Shown here piece by piece: positions 30,992 to 41,104 of a stretch of 64,000 nt of DNA. The stretch covers positions 1 through 64,000 of the forward strand of contig JAYGDX010000110.1 in the NCBI GenBank assembly GCA_046582655.1, given 5' to 3'. The notes beneath the pieces were generated by a model. The model was given only the letters and a program-made list of their open reading frames with translations, was not told where the DNA came from and searched no databases. Within the stretch, counting starts at the first letter, position 1. Every line of letters begins with the position of its first letter. This DNA comes from Candidatus Poribacteria bacterium. Lineage in GTDB: Bacteria; Poribacteria; WGA-4E; UBA9662. A program made the translations under genes and the position numbers.

Positions 30992-31321
30992 ATGCAACGC
31001 CAGAATTTAAGGTCTGTAAACAATACCAAGTCTCCACTTTCGTTCAAAAATGCTATCAAGGATATCCACACCCCAAAGGGTCGGTATGTAATCTATGCTA
31101 TCCTGACTATGTCAATTGTGGCACCCATACTGCAGAAAATGATTGGTCTAGTTGCTAGTGATAATATAGCTCTCTATATTACATTAGGGATTATGGTTAT
31201 AGGCTTATTTTGTGTTGCTTTTAAAATGGATAAAATTTCAGAGGTTATTAATCAACACCAACTGGACAAACTTAACCAACGTCTGAAGAATAAGAAAGAA
31301 ACTAACCATTCAGATGCCTAA
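30992..31321 (+). CDS. Hypothetical 2-TM membrane protein
   Basis: Two hydrophobic segments; sits between rpmG and purM and overlaps the purM start. Confidence 0.65.
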   Translation: MQRQNLRSVNNTKSPLSFKNAIKDIHTPKGRYVIYAILTMSIVAPILQKMIGLVASDNIALYITLGIMVIGLFCVAFKMDKISEVINQHQLDKLNQRLKNKKETNHSDA

Positions 31322-32345
31322 AGCAGAGCTGACTTACGCTAGTGCTGGTGTTTCATTCGATGCTAATGAAGCTGCTATGACCAGCATCAAATCAACAATT
31401 GAATCGACCTATCGACCGGAAGTACTAAGTCATGTTGGCAGCTTTGGTGGTCTTTTTCAACTCGGTAATTACAATCAACCTGTTCTAGTTTCTAGCACTG
31501 ATAGCGTTGGAACCAAACTTAAGTTAGCTTTCATGACTAGGCGTTATGACACTACAGGATTTGATCTGGTCTCGCATTGTGGCAATGATATTGTGGTGCA
31601 GGGAGCAGAACCACTTTTTTTTCTAGACTATATTGGTACAAGTAAGCTCGCTCCTGAAGTTACTTCCGAAATCGTAAATGGTCTAGCGAAAGGATGTCTG
31701 GAAATTGGGTGTACCTTAATTGGTGGTGAAACGGCTGAATTGCCTGGATTTTACAACGATGAAGAGTACGATCTCGTCGGAACCATTGTTGGTGTTGTTG
31801 AAAGAGACCAAGTGATTACTGGTAACCAGATTGAGACAGGGGACCTACTAATTGGTCTTTCCTCAATGGGGTTACATACGAATGGGTTTTCACTGGCCCG
31901 GAAAATCGTCTTTGAGCATTGTGGTTATGAAATTGATCAACACATTCCTGAACTCGGCACAACAATTGGCGATGAGTTACTCAAAAATCATAAGAGTTAT
32001 GTCAAGACCGTATTAGATTTGCAAAATCAGTGTAAGATTAAAGGTATCGCACATATCACAGGTGGCGGTTTGCCGGATAATCTGATTCGTATCCTTCCAA
32101 AAAATTGCCAAGCAATAATCAGGAAGGATAGTTGGCGTATACCTCCTATTTTCCCTTTCTTACAGGTAAAAGGAGATGTATGTCAGAAAGAGATGTTTCA
32201 TGTATTTAATATGGGCATTGGTTTGGTGATTGTGATGTCTAGAGATGACGCAGATACTGCGATGGCATTTCTGGAAGATGTTGGAGAAACACCATTTTTA
32301 ATTGGAGAAATTGTTTCAGGTAAACATGGAATCGAAATTATCTAG
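31314..32345 (+). CDS. purM: Phosphoribosylformylglycinamidine cyclo-ligase (AIR synthetase)
   Basis: LTYASAGV, GSFGGLF, STDSVGTK, GAEPLFFLDY, GGETAELPG, GLHTNGFSL, AHITGGG, FNMGIG. Confidence 0.97.
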   Translation: MPKAELTYASAGVSFDANEAAMTSIKSTIESTYRPEVLSHVGSFGGLFQLGNYNQPVLVSSTDSVGTKLKLAFMTRRYDTTGFDLVSHCGNDIVVQGAEPLFFLDYIGTSKLAPEVTSEIVNGLAKGCLEIGCTLIGGETAELPGFYNDEEYDLVGTIVGVVERDQVITGNQIETGDLLIGLSSMGLHTNGFSLARKIVFEHCGYEIDQHIPELGTTIGDELLKNHKSYVKTVLDLQNQCKIKGIAHITGGGLPDNLIRILPKNCQAIIRKDSWRIPPIFPFLQVKGDVCQKEMFHVFNMGIGLVIVMSRDDADTAMAFLEDVGETPFLIGEIVSGKHGIEII

Positions 32346-33060
32346 ACCAATTTTAGACCAAGCAGCCATAAAAGAAATTTGCGATGTCCTAGCGACAACC
32401 AATTCGCAAGTTGCATTTCAGTCAATTGCAGAAGAGGATGAAGCTGATCTTGCCATTTTCTTGCTGACTCTCCATCATACTTCGGACGAACTTGCTAAGC
32501 ATGCATCTGAAATTTTGCTTGCGCTTCCACCAGAGAAACAAGCTACTGTAGCAGAAAATGTAGTAAAAACTGAAATGGCCGACATTGATAAGGTAAAGGC
32601 AATAACACATCGAATCATTGAGCAAATCACGGAAGCGGCAGAAAAAACAATTGCCTTTGGAGATGGAAAAACGAATCTTATAAATATGTTATCGGACATG
32701 TCACAAGAAGATCGGGGGAGTTTGCTTGAGTCACTAGAAGTAAAAAATGAGGATCTCGTAACAGAAATTAATCAAACCCTTTTTCCATTTGATGACTTGA
32801 CAAAGCTTGACGATGATGCAATCGGAACAATTATAAATTACCTTGGATCTCCTACGCTTTCTGTGGCTCTTCACAATGTCCCTCCGGAAGTCCAGAATAA
32901 ATTTTTCGATGCCATGGATCAAGAAGCGGCAGAAGCTGTTAAATCAAGATTTAGTGAACTAAGTTTCACCGAGAAACAAACTGCCACCACCGCACAGAAA
33001 TCGATCGTTGATCTAGTCCAAAGACTCGCCGCCAAAGGATTCATCAAGATTAATTCTTAA
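32326..33060 (+). CDS. FliG middle/C-terminal-domain-like protein (orphan)
   Basis: LFPFDDLTKLDD (compare MFxFEDL..LDD), ALH....VQNKFF.AM, AQKSIV..V.RL...G.I; no FliG N-terminal domain. Confidence 0.7.
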   Translation: MESKLSRPILDQAAIKEICDVLATTNSQVAFQSIAEEDEADLAIFLLTLHHTSDELAKHASEILLALPPEKQATVAENVVKTEMADIDKVKAITHRIIEQITEAAEKTIAFGDGKTNLINMLSDMSQEDRGSLLESLEVKNEDLVTEINQTLFPFDDLTKLDDDAIGTIINYLGSPTLSVALHNVPPEVQNKFFDAMDQEAAEAVKSRFSELSFTEKQTATTAQKSIVDLVQRLAAKGFIKINS

Positions 33061-33217
33061 CATATAAATCGTGTTTTTTGGCATTACTTTACAATACACC
33101 GGACAATTAGCTTAAGCAGTATTTCATTCTCGTCCATGGTTAATCATATCAAGCGATTCAAAAAAAGTTTTTCCCTTCAAAAAGAATGGGTACGATAGAT
33201 TTACCTTCATATTTGAA

Positions 33218-34552
33218 ATGAGTTCCAAGAGACTTGCCGTCACAGTTCTTCTGATAGTTTTAGCTCATGTTAGTCCGGCTAATGAAAACCAAGGTGTTAG
33301 CGTTTATAACGCTCAATTCACTGTTTCTTCAAAACAATTGACATACCTTTCTGAGGCCCTAATCTCTGCCATCAATAATCAGCTTTTGTCATTTCCAGAG
33401 ATTAAAGTTTACGATTCTGACAGCAAAATTGAAAACACCTTTCAGGATCTTAATCAGATCCTGCAGTTGGATAAAGTTCAACTCCTACAGATTCGGCGTC
33501 AGACAGGCTTTGATGGCCTCGTTGCCGGCGGTCTGGAACTAACTGATCAAAAAATCTCTATCAAGCTGCATCTTGTTGATTTTTCATCTGGCAGGATCTA
33601 TTTAAACGACCAATTTGAAGGGAAATTCGGATCAGATCTACTCGAAAGTATTGAAAAGCAAGTTAAAGCCTTTGCTAATACGTTAATTCATTATTACGAC
33701 TCCACTATCACGATCACCTCCGAACCAACTAATGCTGATGTAAACGTAAACGGTAAACAGATTGGTAAAACACCAATCAAATCGCTGGACGTGGCAGATG
33801 GCATCCTCGAAATTAGAGTTAGCAAAGACGGCTATACTCCATACCAAAAAGAAGTAGAGGTGTTCCGAGGTCAGCGTACATATGTGCATGGCCACATGTA
33901 TGACCAAATTACAGAACATCTGCTGAACAAAAAAAGCCGGTGGAAACTCGACTCCATGAATTTTAGTATTGGCACCAGTATGCAGTGGCAAAACTGGAGT
34001 GAGATCAACGCTGAAGCAGGCAGAGTGGCAAATTTTCGCTACACATCCAAGTTTGGCCGGTGGGAACTTGGCTTGGAAGTGAGTACAGCAACGGCATCTT
34101 CCTGGCATGCAAATCAGAAATTTGAAACTTTCCTCGGCAAAGATTCATCCACTAATGAGTTCGAAATTACCTTTTCACGATTTTGCTTGGTTAGTCAATT
34201 CAATCTCGTGGAAAAACTAAATCAGTTTGATCTCTATGTGGGGTCACAGCTGGGTTATGCATCAACCCACTCTTCACAATATAACCTTGGCTGGTATTAT
34301 CCAAGTGGCAATAATATTGAAAACCGACACGTTAATCCGGTAATTGGTGGTGAAATAGGGATGCGGTTCTATCTCGGATCAGCCTTGAAACTTTCTACCT
34401 TCATTGGCGGCAATTCCGCTGGAAAAATGAGCTACAATCGAAAAACGGCAAACTACTGGGGAGAGGCGACCTACAAAACCAAATCACTTGGCTCAGACCA
34501 TGTTTACTTCGGAGGAACCTTAACTTATAGTTACTGGTCTGTGAGAAAATAA
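33218..34552 (+). CDS. Secreted PEGA-domain protein with a probable C-terminal outer-membrane beta-barrel
   Basis: Signal peptide; ITSEPTNADVNVNGKQIGKTP..V..G...I.VSK.GY (PEGA); alternating aromatic/Gly strands at the C-terminus. Confidence 0.75.
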   Translation: MSSKRLAVTVLLIVLAHVSPANENQGVSVYNAQFTVSSKQLTYLSEALISAINNQLLSFPEIKVYDSDSKIENTFQDLNQILQLDKVQLLQIRRQTGFDGLVAGGLELTDQKISIKLHLVDFSSGRIYLNDQFEGKFGSDLLESIEKQVKAFANTLIHYYDSTITITSEPTNADVNVNGKQIGKTPIKSLDVADGILEIRVSKDGYTPYQKEVEVFRGQRTYVHGHMYDQITEHLLNKKSRWKLDSMNFSIGTSMQWQNWSEINAEAGRVANFRYTSKFGRWELGLEVSTATASSWHANQKFETFLGKDSSTNEFEITFSRFCLVSQFNLVEKLNQFDLYVGSQLGYASTHSSQYNLGWYYPSGNNIENRHVNPVIGGEIGMRFYLGSALKLSTFIGGNSAGKMSYNRKTANYWGEATYKTKSLGSDHVYFGGTLTYSYWSVRK

Positions 34553-34565
34553 TGGAAGTAAGAAA

Positions 34566-35081
34566 ATGAGAGAGATCTATTTATTTATCAGTCTGTTTGT
34601 TTTATTAAGTTGCGGAGGTTCTGAAGAGAGCTATGAGGATGCAACAGCTATGGATGCAGAGGGTATGATTGTCCCCAGGAGCAATTATACCCAACTGCAA
34701 AATCAGATCTTTTATGGAACCGTCCCAATTGAGTTGGAAATTACACCAAAATCAAACACACCATCGTTTGCTTGGAGAACAACTGGATCGAAATTCATGG
34801 TTTTAACTATTTTTGAAGATAAAATAGATCTACGAGGGAAGACAGTCGCCAACCCGCAAGACGTCGTTTGGACTTGGCATTCAGGCGTTGGAAAAGGTCG
34901 TGAAGGAAATGTTAGCTTCAGTGACGGAGCTGATGTGGAAAAAAGTGAAATTTCAAATCCTGCAACCGCAACCTCTTTAGAACCCAATTCAATTTACTAC
35001 ATTGCTATCTGGGGATATGACGATGCTTACAACTTAATGTATTCCAGCAAGGAGTACAAGTATCAGACTGCTCTTAGGTAA
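34566..35081 (+). CDS. Lipoprotein of unknown function
   Basis: Lipobox VLLSC after a hydrophobic N-terminus. Confidence 0.75.
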   Translation: MREIYLFISLFVLLSCGGSEESYEDATAMDAEGMIVPRSNYTQLQNQIFYGTVPIELEITPKSNTPSFAWRTTGSKFMVLTIFEDKIDLRGKTVANPQDVVWTWHSGVGKGREGNVSFSDGADVEKSEISNPATATSLEPNSIYYIAIWGYDDAYNLMYSSKEYKYQTALR

Positions 35082-35082
35082 A

Positions 35083-36519
35083 TTACAAACTCCTAACTTC
35101 AAATTCAATTGCCAATTGTTTGCCGGGCTGCCCACTGAACTCAATCGGATAGTCACCATCAAAACAGGCTGTACAGAAATTTTGTGGAGATTTAACACAC
35201 TTCAACATCCCTTCAATACTTAGGTAACCTAGACTGTCGGCCTCAATATATTTCTGGATCTCTTCCACTGACCATGAATTGGCAATTAATTCTTTCCTTG
35301 TTGGAGTATCTATACCATAAAAGCAAGGATATTTATTTGGCGGTGAAGATACTCGGAAATGGACTTCCTTGGCTCCTCCCTCCTCACGAATTAGCTTGAC
35401 AATCTTCCGTGAATTCGTACCGCGCATAATAGAGTCATCGACAACAATAACCCGCTTCCCTTCCAACACATTTCTTACCGGGTTCAATTTCACCCGCACC
35501 ATTAGATCCCGAATCTCCTGCGAAGGATTCATAAAAGTTCGACCAACGTACGGATTCCGGTGCAATCCAAACTCAAAAGGTATACCCAGTTCCTCAGAAT
35601 ACCCGATAGCGGCAATGGTAGCGGAGTCAGGAACAGGAATAACGATATCAGCATCGACCGGGCATTCTCGTGCCAGTTGTCTGCCAAACTCGCGTCTCGG
35701 ACGATTAACTAACTGGTCAAACACAATGCTGTCTGGACGAGCGAGATATATATATTCAAAAATGCATTGTGACAACTCCAATTCAGCTGAACCGATAAAA
35801 AAAGATTTTGGTTCCTCATCTATGGAAGTAATTACAACCATTTCTCCCGGTGCGACTTCACGAATCGGCTCCGCTTCAATCACATCAAAGGCACATGTTT
35901 CAGATGCCAACACATAGGCTTGATCCAAACGTCCCAGCCAAAGTGGACGAAACGCGTGTGGGTCACGAACACCTACCATAATTGATTTACCCATAAATAT
36001 CAGTGAGTAGGCACCTCGTACTTCGCGGAGCGCATCCATAATCCGATCCTCCAGAAGGACATGCCGAGACTGAGCAATGAGGTGAGCGATAACTTCCGTA
36101 TCAGAGGTAGAACTGAATATTGACCCGCTCTCCTCTAAATCACTTCGAATCCGAAATGCATTGATCAAGTTGCCATTATGCGCTATTGCCAAAGGTCCTC
36201 GCTTGTATTGTCGGACCAGAGGTTGTGCATTTTCGATCTTACTGCTTCCCGCGGTTGAGTAGCGATTATGGCCGATGGCCATTTCTCCTGACAACTTGGC
36301 TAAAATGTCAGTGTTAAAAATGTCTGCGACAAGGCCCATCGCATGATGATAAGAAAAAGATTCAGAGTCTGAAACGACAATTCCAGCACTTTCCTGACCG
36401 CGGTGCTGAAGTGCCCGTAACCCTAAGTAGGTGAGTTCGGCTGCTTGAGGGTGCCCAAAAACGCTAAAGACACCACATTCATCTTTTGGCTTATCATCAT
36501 AATCATCAAAAAGCTGCAT
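35083..36519 (-). CDS. purF: Amidophosphoribosyltransferase (propeptide, Fe-S type)
   Basis: Propeptide ending DEC-GVF, LQHRGQESAGI, GHNRYST, HNGNL, CIFEYIYLARPDS, VDDSIMRG, CFYGID, FCTACF. Confidence 0.97.
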   Translation of the reverse strand: MQLFDDYDDKPKDECGVFSVFGHPQAAELTYLGLRALQHRGQESAGIVVSDSESFSYHHAMGLVADIFNTDILAKLSGEMAIGHNRYSTAGSSKIENAQPLVRQYKRGPLAIAHNGNLINAFRIRSDLEESGSIFSSTSDTEVIAHLIAQSRHVLLEDRIMDALREVRGAYSLIFMGKSIMVGVRDPHAFRPLWLGRLDQAYVLASETCAFDVIEAEPIREVAPGEMVVITSIDEEPKSFFIGSAELELSQCIFEYIYLARPDSIVFDQLVNRPRREFGRQLARECPVDADIVIPVPDSATIAAIGYSEELGIPFEFGLHRNPYVGRTFMNPSQEIRDLMVRVKLNPVRNVLEGKRVIVVDDSIMRGTNSRKIVKLIREEGGAKEVHFRVSSPPNKYPCFYGIDTPTRKELIANSWSVEEIQKYIEADSLGYLSIEGMLKCVKSPQNFCTACFDGDYPIEFSGQPGKQLAIEFEVRSL

Positions 36520-36593
36520 ATTATCCTGATTTCCCGCTCTTTTGATCAATAATTGCATGTCCAGAACTTGATATATGACGTTTTCTAGGTGGT

Positions 36594-37163
36594 TTACTCA
36601 ACTGAGTTGCCATCTGTGATCGAATGTTGCAATTTCGTTTCTGTACTTTGGCTAAACTTATCACCAAGAATCGCCCCTATCGCCGCCGAAAGAATCAACA
36701 ATAATTCTACTGGAAACCTGATTTTAAGGAAGACTTTTAGAGGAAGTGTAATGATAAAAGCAAATGGCCTAAACATATGCAGGAGGTAAGATACTATGTT
36801 TTGCCCTAACGAATCGGTGAGTGAGTCCCAAGAAATATTTAGCAGCAAAATCAAGACAACTACCGCCGGTGCACCGAGAAAAGCACCATTAAAGGTGTCC
36901 CGCCAGTCAATCTCTTCGCCAAATCGCTTACCAATGAACCGGACGCCTTCAGTCACACCAGCAATACCACATCCATAGGTAATCGCAAAAGAAATAAATG
37001 TCAGCAACCCAACTAAGAAGCCGTGTTCAATTCGGTTTCCCACTAAGATTTTAACAACCCATTCATAGGTAACGAGATAACAAACCAGTGAAGCAATAAA
37101 ACCAATGGTACTACCACATACAATCTGTCCAGTGATGTTTAGGAAGGTATCTTTTCGTGACAT
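36594..37163 (-). CDS. Hypothetical multi-TM membrane protein
   Basis: About 4 hydrophobic segments; ATG 37163 lies downstream of a consensus promoter. Confidence 0.7.
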   Translation of the reverse strand: MSRKDTFLNITGQIVCGSTIGFIASLVCYLVTYEWVVKILVGNRIEHGFLVGLLTFISFAITYGCGIAGVTEGVRFIGKRFGEEIDWRDTFNGAFLGAPAVVVLILLLNISWDSLTDSLGQNIVSYLLHMFRPFAFIITLPLKVFLKIRFPVELLLILSAAIGAILGDKFSQSTETKLQHSITDGNSVE

Positions 37164-37191
37164 AGAAAATCTTGATTGCGAAAGCGTGGTG

Positions 37192-37220
37192 ATTATATCA
37201 CGGTAATCTTTAGCTGTCAA
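37192..37220 (-). promoter_or_regulatory. Perfect sigma70-type promoter (TTGACA-17-TATAAT, extended TG)
   Basis: Minus strand reads TTGACA gctaaagattaccgTGa TATAAT; it probably drives the membrane protein gene and purF. Confidence 0.8.
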
Positions 37221-37545
37221 CAATGATAGTTAGTCGTTGATAAATAGAGAAAATCTTTGTATATTCTATTATGACAGATAAATTGTAAAGAGCTGAGGTA
37301 GAGTTTGGAGTAAATAGCTAAATACTAACGCAGCCTCGCTTTCATTAGCCTTGGAAACGAATTTGGAAGAGCTTATCTCTACAAATAACTATAGCATGTT
37401 TCGTAGCAAATAAAAACTAACGAGATGACAAGTTTAACGGGGATTTATTAACTACGGTGATCGTTTATCAGTTTAGACACTGTGCTAACGGTAATAGGCA
37501 AATTGCCCTGAATTTAAAATCCCCTTTAACGCTCAGGAAACAATT

Positions 37546-38901
37546 ATGCCTAATAATCAAGCACATCCAAATATCCTGTTTATTATGGCCGATCAGTATC
37601 GTTTTGATTACCTTAACTGCGCTGGAGCGGAATTTATTAAAACCCCAAACTTAGATCGATTGGCGAAACATGGCATTCGATTCGAGAATTGCTCAATGCT
37701 CCAGTATGTGCCCCGGCACGTATAAGCACTGGCAACAGGTTTGCAAGCACATCGGTTTGGAGGACAAAGTAACGCCATCTTGCTGCCGCTAAGTAGGCAA
37801 ACCTACTATCAGCGTTTGCGTGACACAGGATACCGGATAGGATGCGTAGGAAAGTTGGATTTAGCTAAGCCATTAGGGAACAATGGTGACGGTGCTAGAC
37901 CTGCGTGCTTCTCATGGGGATTTACCCATCCTTTGGAATGCGAGGGAAAAATGCATGCGGGGCAAGGAAACGGAAAGCCTTTTGGTCCTTATACCCGCTA
38001 TTTGCAACAAAAAGGGCTTTTGGAAGATTTTAGTGTAGATTATACAAAACGCCGACAGAATGGTTACGCATTGTCAGCTTGGGATTCGGTTTTACCAAGC
38101 GAAGATTTCGAAGATGTGTATATTGGCCGTCAGTCTGCTGCGTGGATTAATCAAGTATCTGATCATTATCCATGGCATCTGTTTGTTAGTTTTGTAGGCC
38201 CGCATGATCCGTTTGATCCACCGAAAAAGTATGCTGAACAGCATCGAAATGCGGAGATGCCAGAAGCCATAGTTGATGACCTGAAAGAAAAACCTCAGCA
38301 TATTCACCATCGCCAAACCGATGCCAGTTCGGAACAGATTGCCGTATGTCGAAGACAGTATTGTGCAGCAATTGAATTAATTGACTATCAAATAGGAAAA
38401 ATTCTTACTGCACTTAAAAACAGAGGTGTGATGGACAATACATACGTGATCTTCTCTAGTGACCATGGAGAGATGTTAGGTGATCACAGTCTATTCACCA
38501 AAGGTGTTGCCTATGACCCATCAATACGTGTACCGCTAATTGTAAGTGGCCCGGGTATTGGTTGCGGACGAATTTCCACGGCCATGATTGAATTAATCGA
38601 CATTAACGCTACAATTTGCGATTTAGCGGGACTGGAGAAGCAGGAAGGTATTGACGCTTCGTTATTACGTAGTGAGAATGAAATCCACCGGGAAGAAGTA
38701 TTCAGTTGTTTAAGACATTTCCGTTGTGTACGAACACCCCAGCGGAAAATGATTGAGAACGTAAATGATATCATTGAATTATACAACATGGAAATAGATC
38801 CTCAAGAATTAGATAATCTTGCTCAACAGCAAAAAGGTACCTTGCAGGAGATGGACCATCGAATATAGGAACGATGGCTTGAAGGCAGATGGAACAGATA
38901 A
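37546..38901 (+). pseudogene. Disrupted arylsulfatase/choline-sulfatase-like gene
   Basis: MPNNQAHPNILFIMADQYRFD...TPNLDRLA from 37546. Two frameshifts flank the catalytic CAPAR (CxPxR) at about 37690-37725. Has GPHDPFD and SDHGEMLGDH; the TAG at 38866 is probably premature. Confidence 0.85.
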
Positions 38902-38920
38902 AGGTTTGAAAGGGCCCCAA

Positions 38921-39474
38921 ATGAACATTGCCGTTATTAGTTGTTCACTTCACCCGCTTAGTAGATCTTATGTTATGGCTCGCCACATTATCAAAGAGAT
39001 TGAATCGTTGGGAAGTACAGTTCAACTTCATGACTTACGTCATTACAATATCGAACTTCGCGATGTTAACTCCGGTCGCTGAAATAATCAAGCCCAAGAA
39101 CTGGCGGGGGTTATTCAAACAGCTTCTGCTGTAATTCTAGCTGTACCAATTTACAATTTCTACGCGAATGCCGCAGCCAAAAATCTGATTGAATTGACTG
39201 GTGATGCCTAGAATAAAAAGGTTGTCGGTTTCATTTGTGCAGAGCAGGTGGCAGATCAAGTTATATGTCAATAATGAGTCTTGCCAATAGTTTGATGCTT
39301 GATTTCCGTTGTTTTATTGTTCCACGGTTTGTTTATGCTACAGGTGAAGCTTTCGCCAATGACCGGACAGAAGAGATGTATCTTTCCTCTGCTGAAGTGA
39401 AGGAGCGTTTACACGAACTAGCTGAGATAACCACCCGACTTGCTGGTGCCATAGAATCGGTGGATTTATTGTGA
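38921..39474 (+). pseudogene. Disrupted NADPH-dependent FMN reductase
   Basis: MNIAVISCSLHPLSRS...PIYNF...AAKNLIELTG. In-frame TGA at 39080, TAG at 39209, and a 2-nt insertion near 39241 before AGGRSSYMS. Confidence 0.85.
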
Positions 39475-39817
39475 AAAAATGTGAGCTGATGAATGAAAGT
39501 AACACAACCACAGGAAAAAACTCAAGGCTAATCTAGACACATGAACGCCTGAACTCATATGTATAGCCACAACAAACTGAAATTTATCTTTTGTTGCGTG
39601 GTGTTAGATTTCCAGCTTTCCCATCCAATGTCTAACAGTATTGAGGCACTGAACCATGAACTGCATCAGCAATTAACTCTTTACCTTCCGATACGAAATG
39701 CACAGATCAATCGAAGTAAGTTGCAGAGCCTTCTCCCTCCTATGACACACGTTCAATAATATGTAACATAAAAAAAGAGTTTGAATAGGCACTTATCCAA
39801 GGTTAATTATAGTTAAA

Positions 39818-40996
39818 CTAAAGCGTGTCTTTGGCCGCGGATCTAATGGCATTTGCTACTTTGTCGATAGTTTCATCACTCATTTCATGGCCAATGCCAA
39901 TGCAGATTGCTCGACCAAGATAGTCTAATGTCTTTGGACACATGCGATCTGAGTATTGAATGTCCCCATAGGCAGGGTATGTGTACGGCAAGCCGTTTGG
40001 GTGATAGGTTTTCTTTTGCAGGATATAATCCCAGCCAGGATAAACATGCTTGTCACCATTACCGTGCGTGTACATTGCTCCAGCGGGAACACCATATTTC
40101 CCCATTACTTCACCAAACTTGCGTGCCAAATCAGGAGTAGGAAGAAAAAACACCATGGTTGTCGAGGCATCACCACTTTCATCGTGGATCTTTCGCAACT
40201 CAATACCGTCAACGTCAGCAATAGCTTCACGTAGCTTGTGCTTTCGGATTCTCATATTCTCGATGAATCCATCAAGACGGGTCAATTGTACTGATGCGAT
40301 TGCGCCTCGCACTTCGTCCATCCGAAAATTCATCCCGGGGAAAAAAGCACTAGTATGCTTGGAAATTCCCCACAAATTGCCACCGTCGTGAATCATCCGT
40401 GCTCTATCATGCAATTCCTCATTGTTGGTAATGACAATACCTCCTTCTCCAGTGGTGATGATCTTGCTCTGCTGTAGGCTGAAGCACCCTATATCACCGT
40501 GCGTACCGAGTCGAGCTCCTTTGAAACCTGCCCCAATTGCCTGTGCGCAATCCTCGATTACCATCAGGTTGTGTTTTTCGGCAATGGTTTTGATCGCTTC
40601 CATATTAGATGGAACTCCAATCATGTGAACAGGTATGATAGCTTTTGTTCGTGGGGTTATTTTAGCTTCGATATCGTTCGGATCGATTGTCAGTGAATTG
40701 TCAATCTCAGCTATGACAGGAACCGAATTGGCAATCACTACTGACGCAGGAGTTGCAATCCAAGTGTAAGCGGAAACGATGACCTCATCTCCAAGACCAA
40801 TACCTGCCGCATAAAGTGCAACAATTAAAGAAGAAGTTCCACCGTTGGTAGCCAACGCATATTCGACGTTAAATTTTTCTGTGATGCCATTTTCAAACGC
40901 AGTAACTTTGGATTCTGCCGGTCCATATCGGCAAAGGCCACCTGATTTTACAACTTCTAGGACGGCTTGTTGTTCTTCCTCGCCTATAAAATACAT
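39818..40996 (-). CDS. DegT/DnrJ/EryC1/StrS PLP-dependent aminotransferase
   Basis: GDEVIV, KAIIPVHM.G, IEDCAQA.G, FSLQQSKIITTGEGG; AGGAG RBS. Confidence 0.92.
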   Translation of the reverse strand: MYFIGEEEQQAVLEVVKSGGLCRYGPAESKVTAFENGITEKFNVEYALATNGGTSSLIVALYAAGIGLGDEVIVSAYTWIATPASVVIANSVPVIAEIDNSLTIDPNDIEAKITPRTKAIIPVHMIGVPSNMEAIKTIAEKHNLMVIEDCAQAIGAGFKGARLGTHGDIGCFSLQQSKIITTGEGGIVITNNEELHDRARMIHDGGNLWGISKHTSAFFPGMNFRMDEVRGAIASVQLTRLDGFIENMRIRKHKLREAIADVDGIELRKIHDESGDASTTMVFFLPTPDLARKFGEVMGKYGVPAGAMYTHGNGDKHVYPGWDYILQKKTYHPNGLPYTYPAYGDIQYSDRMCPKTLDYLGRAICIGIGHEMSDETIDKVANAIRSAAKDTL

Positions 40997-41104
40997 CCTT
41001 TATTTCTCCTTATCTTGGCAGGGATTATAGCATACAACAGTTAATATGATAGAGATTGATCATACAAAAGGCTTCAACACGATTATACTATCACTCGATG
41101 TTTT

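Noticed and set aside
32326..33060. Assigning the symbol fliG and inferring motility
   Set aside because: The N-domain and key motifs are missing and there are no other flagellar genes in the window.
39080..39082. In-frame TGA as selenocysteine
   Set aside because: It is not at a recognised catalytic Cys position, I see no SECIS-like hairpin, and the gene has other lesions.
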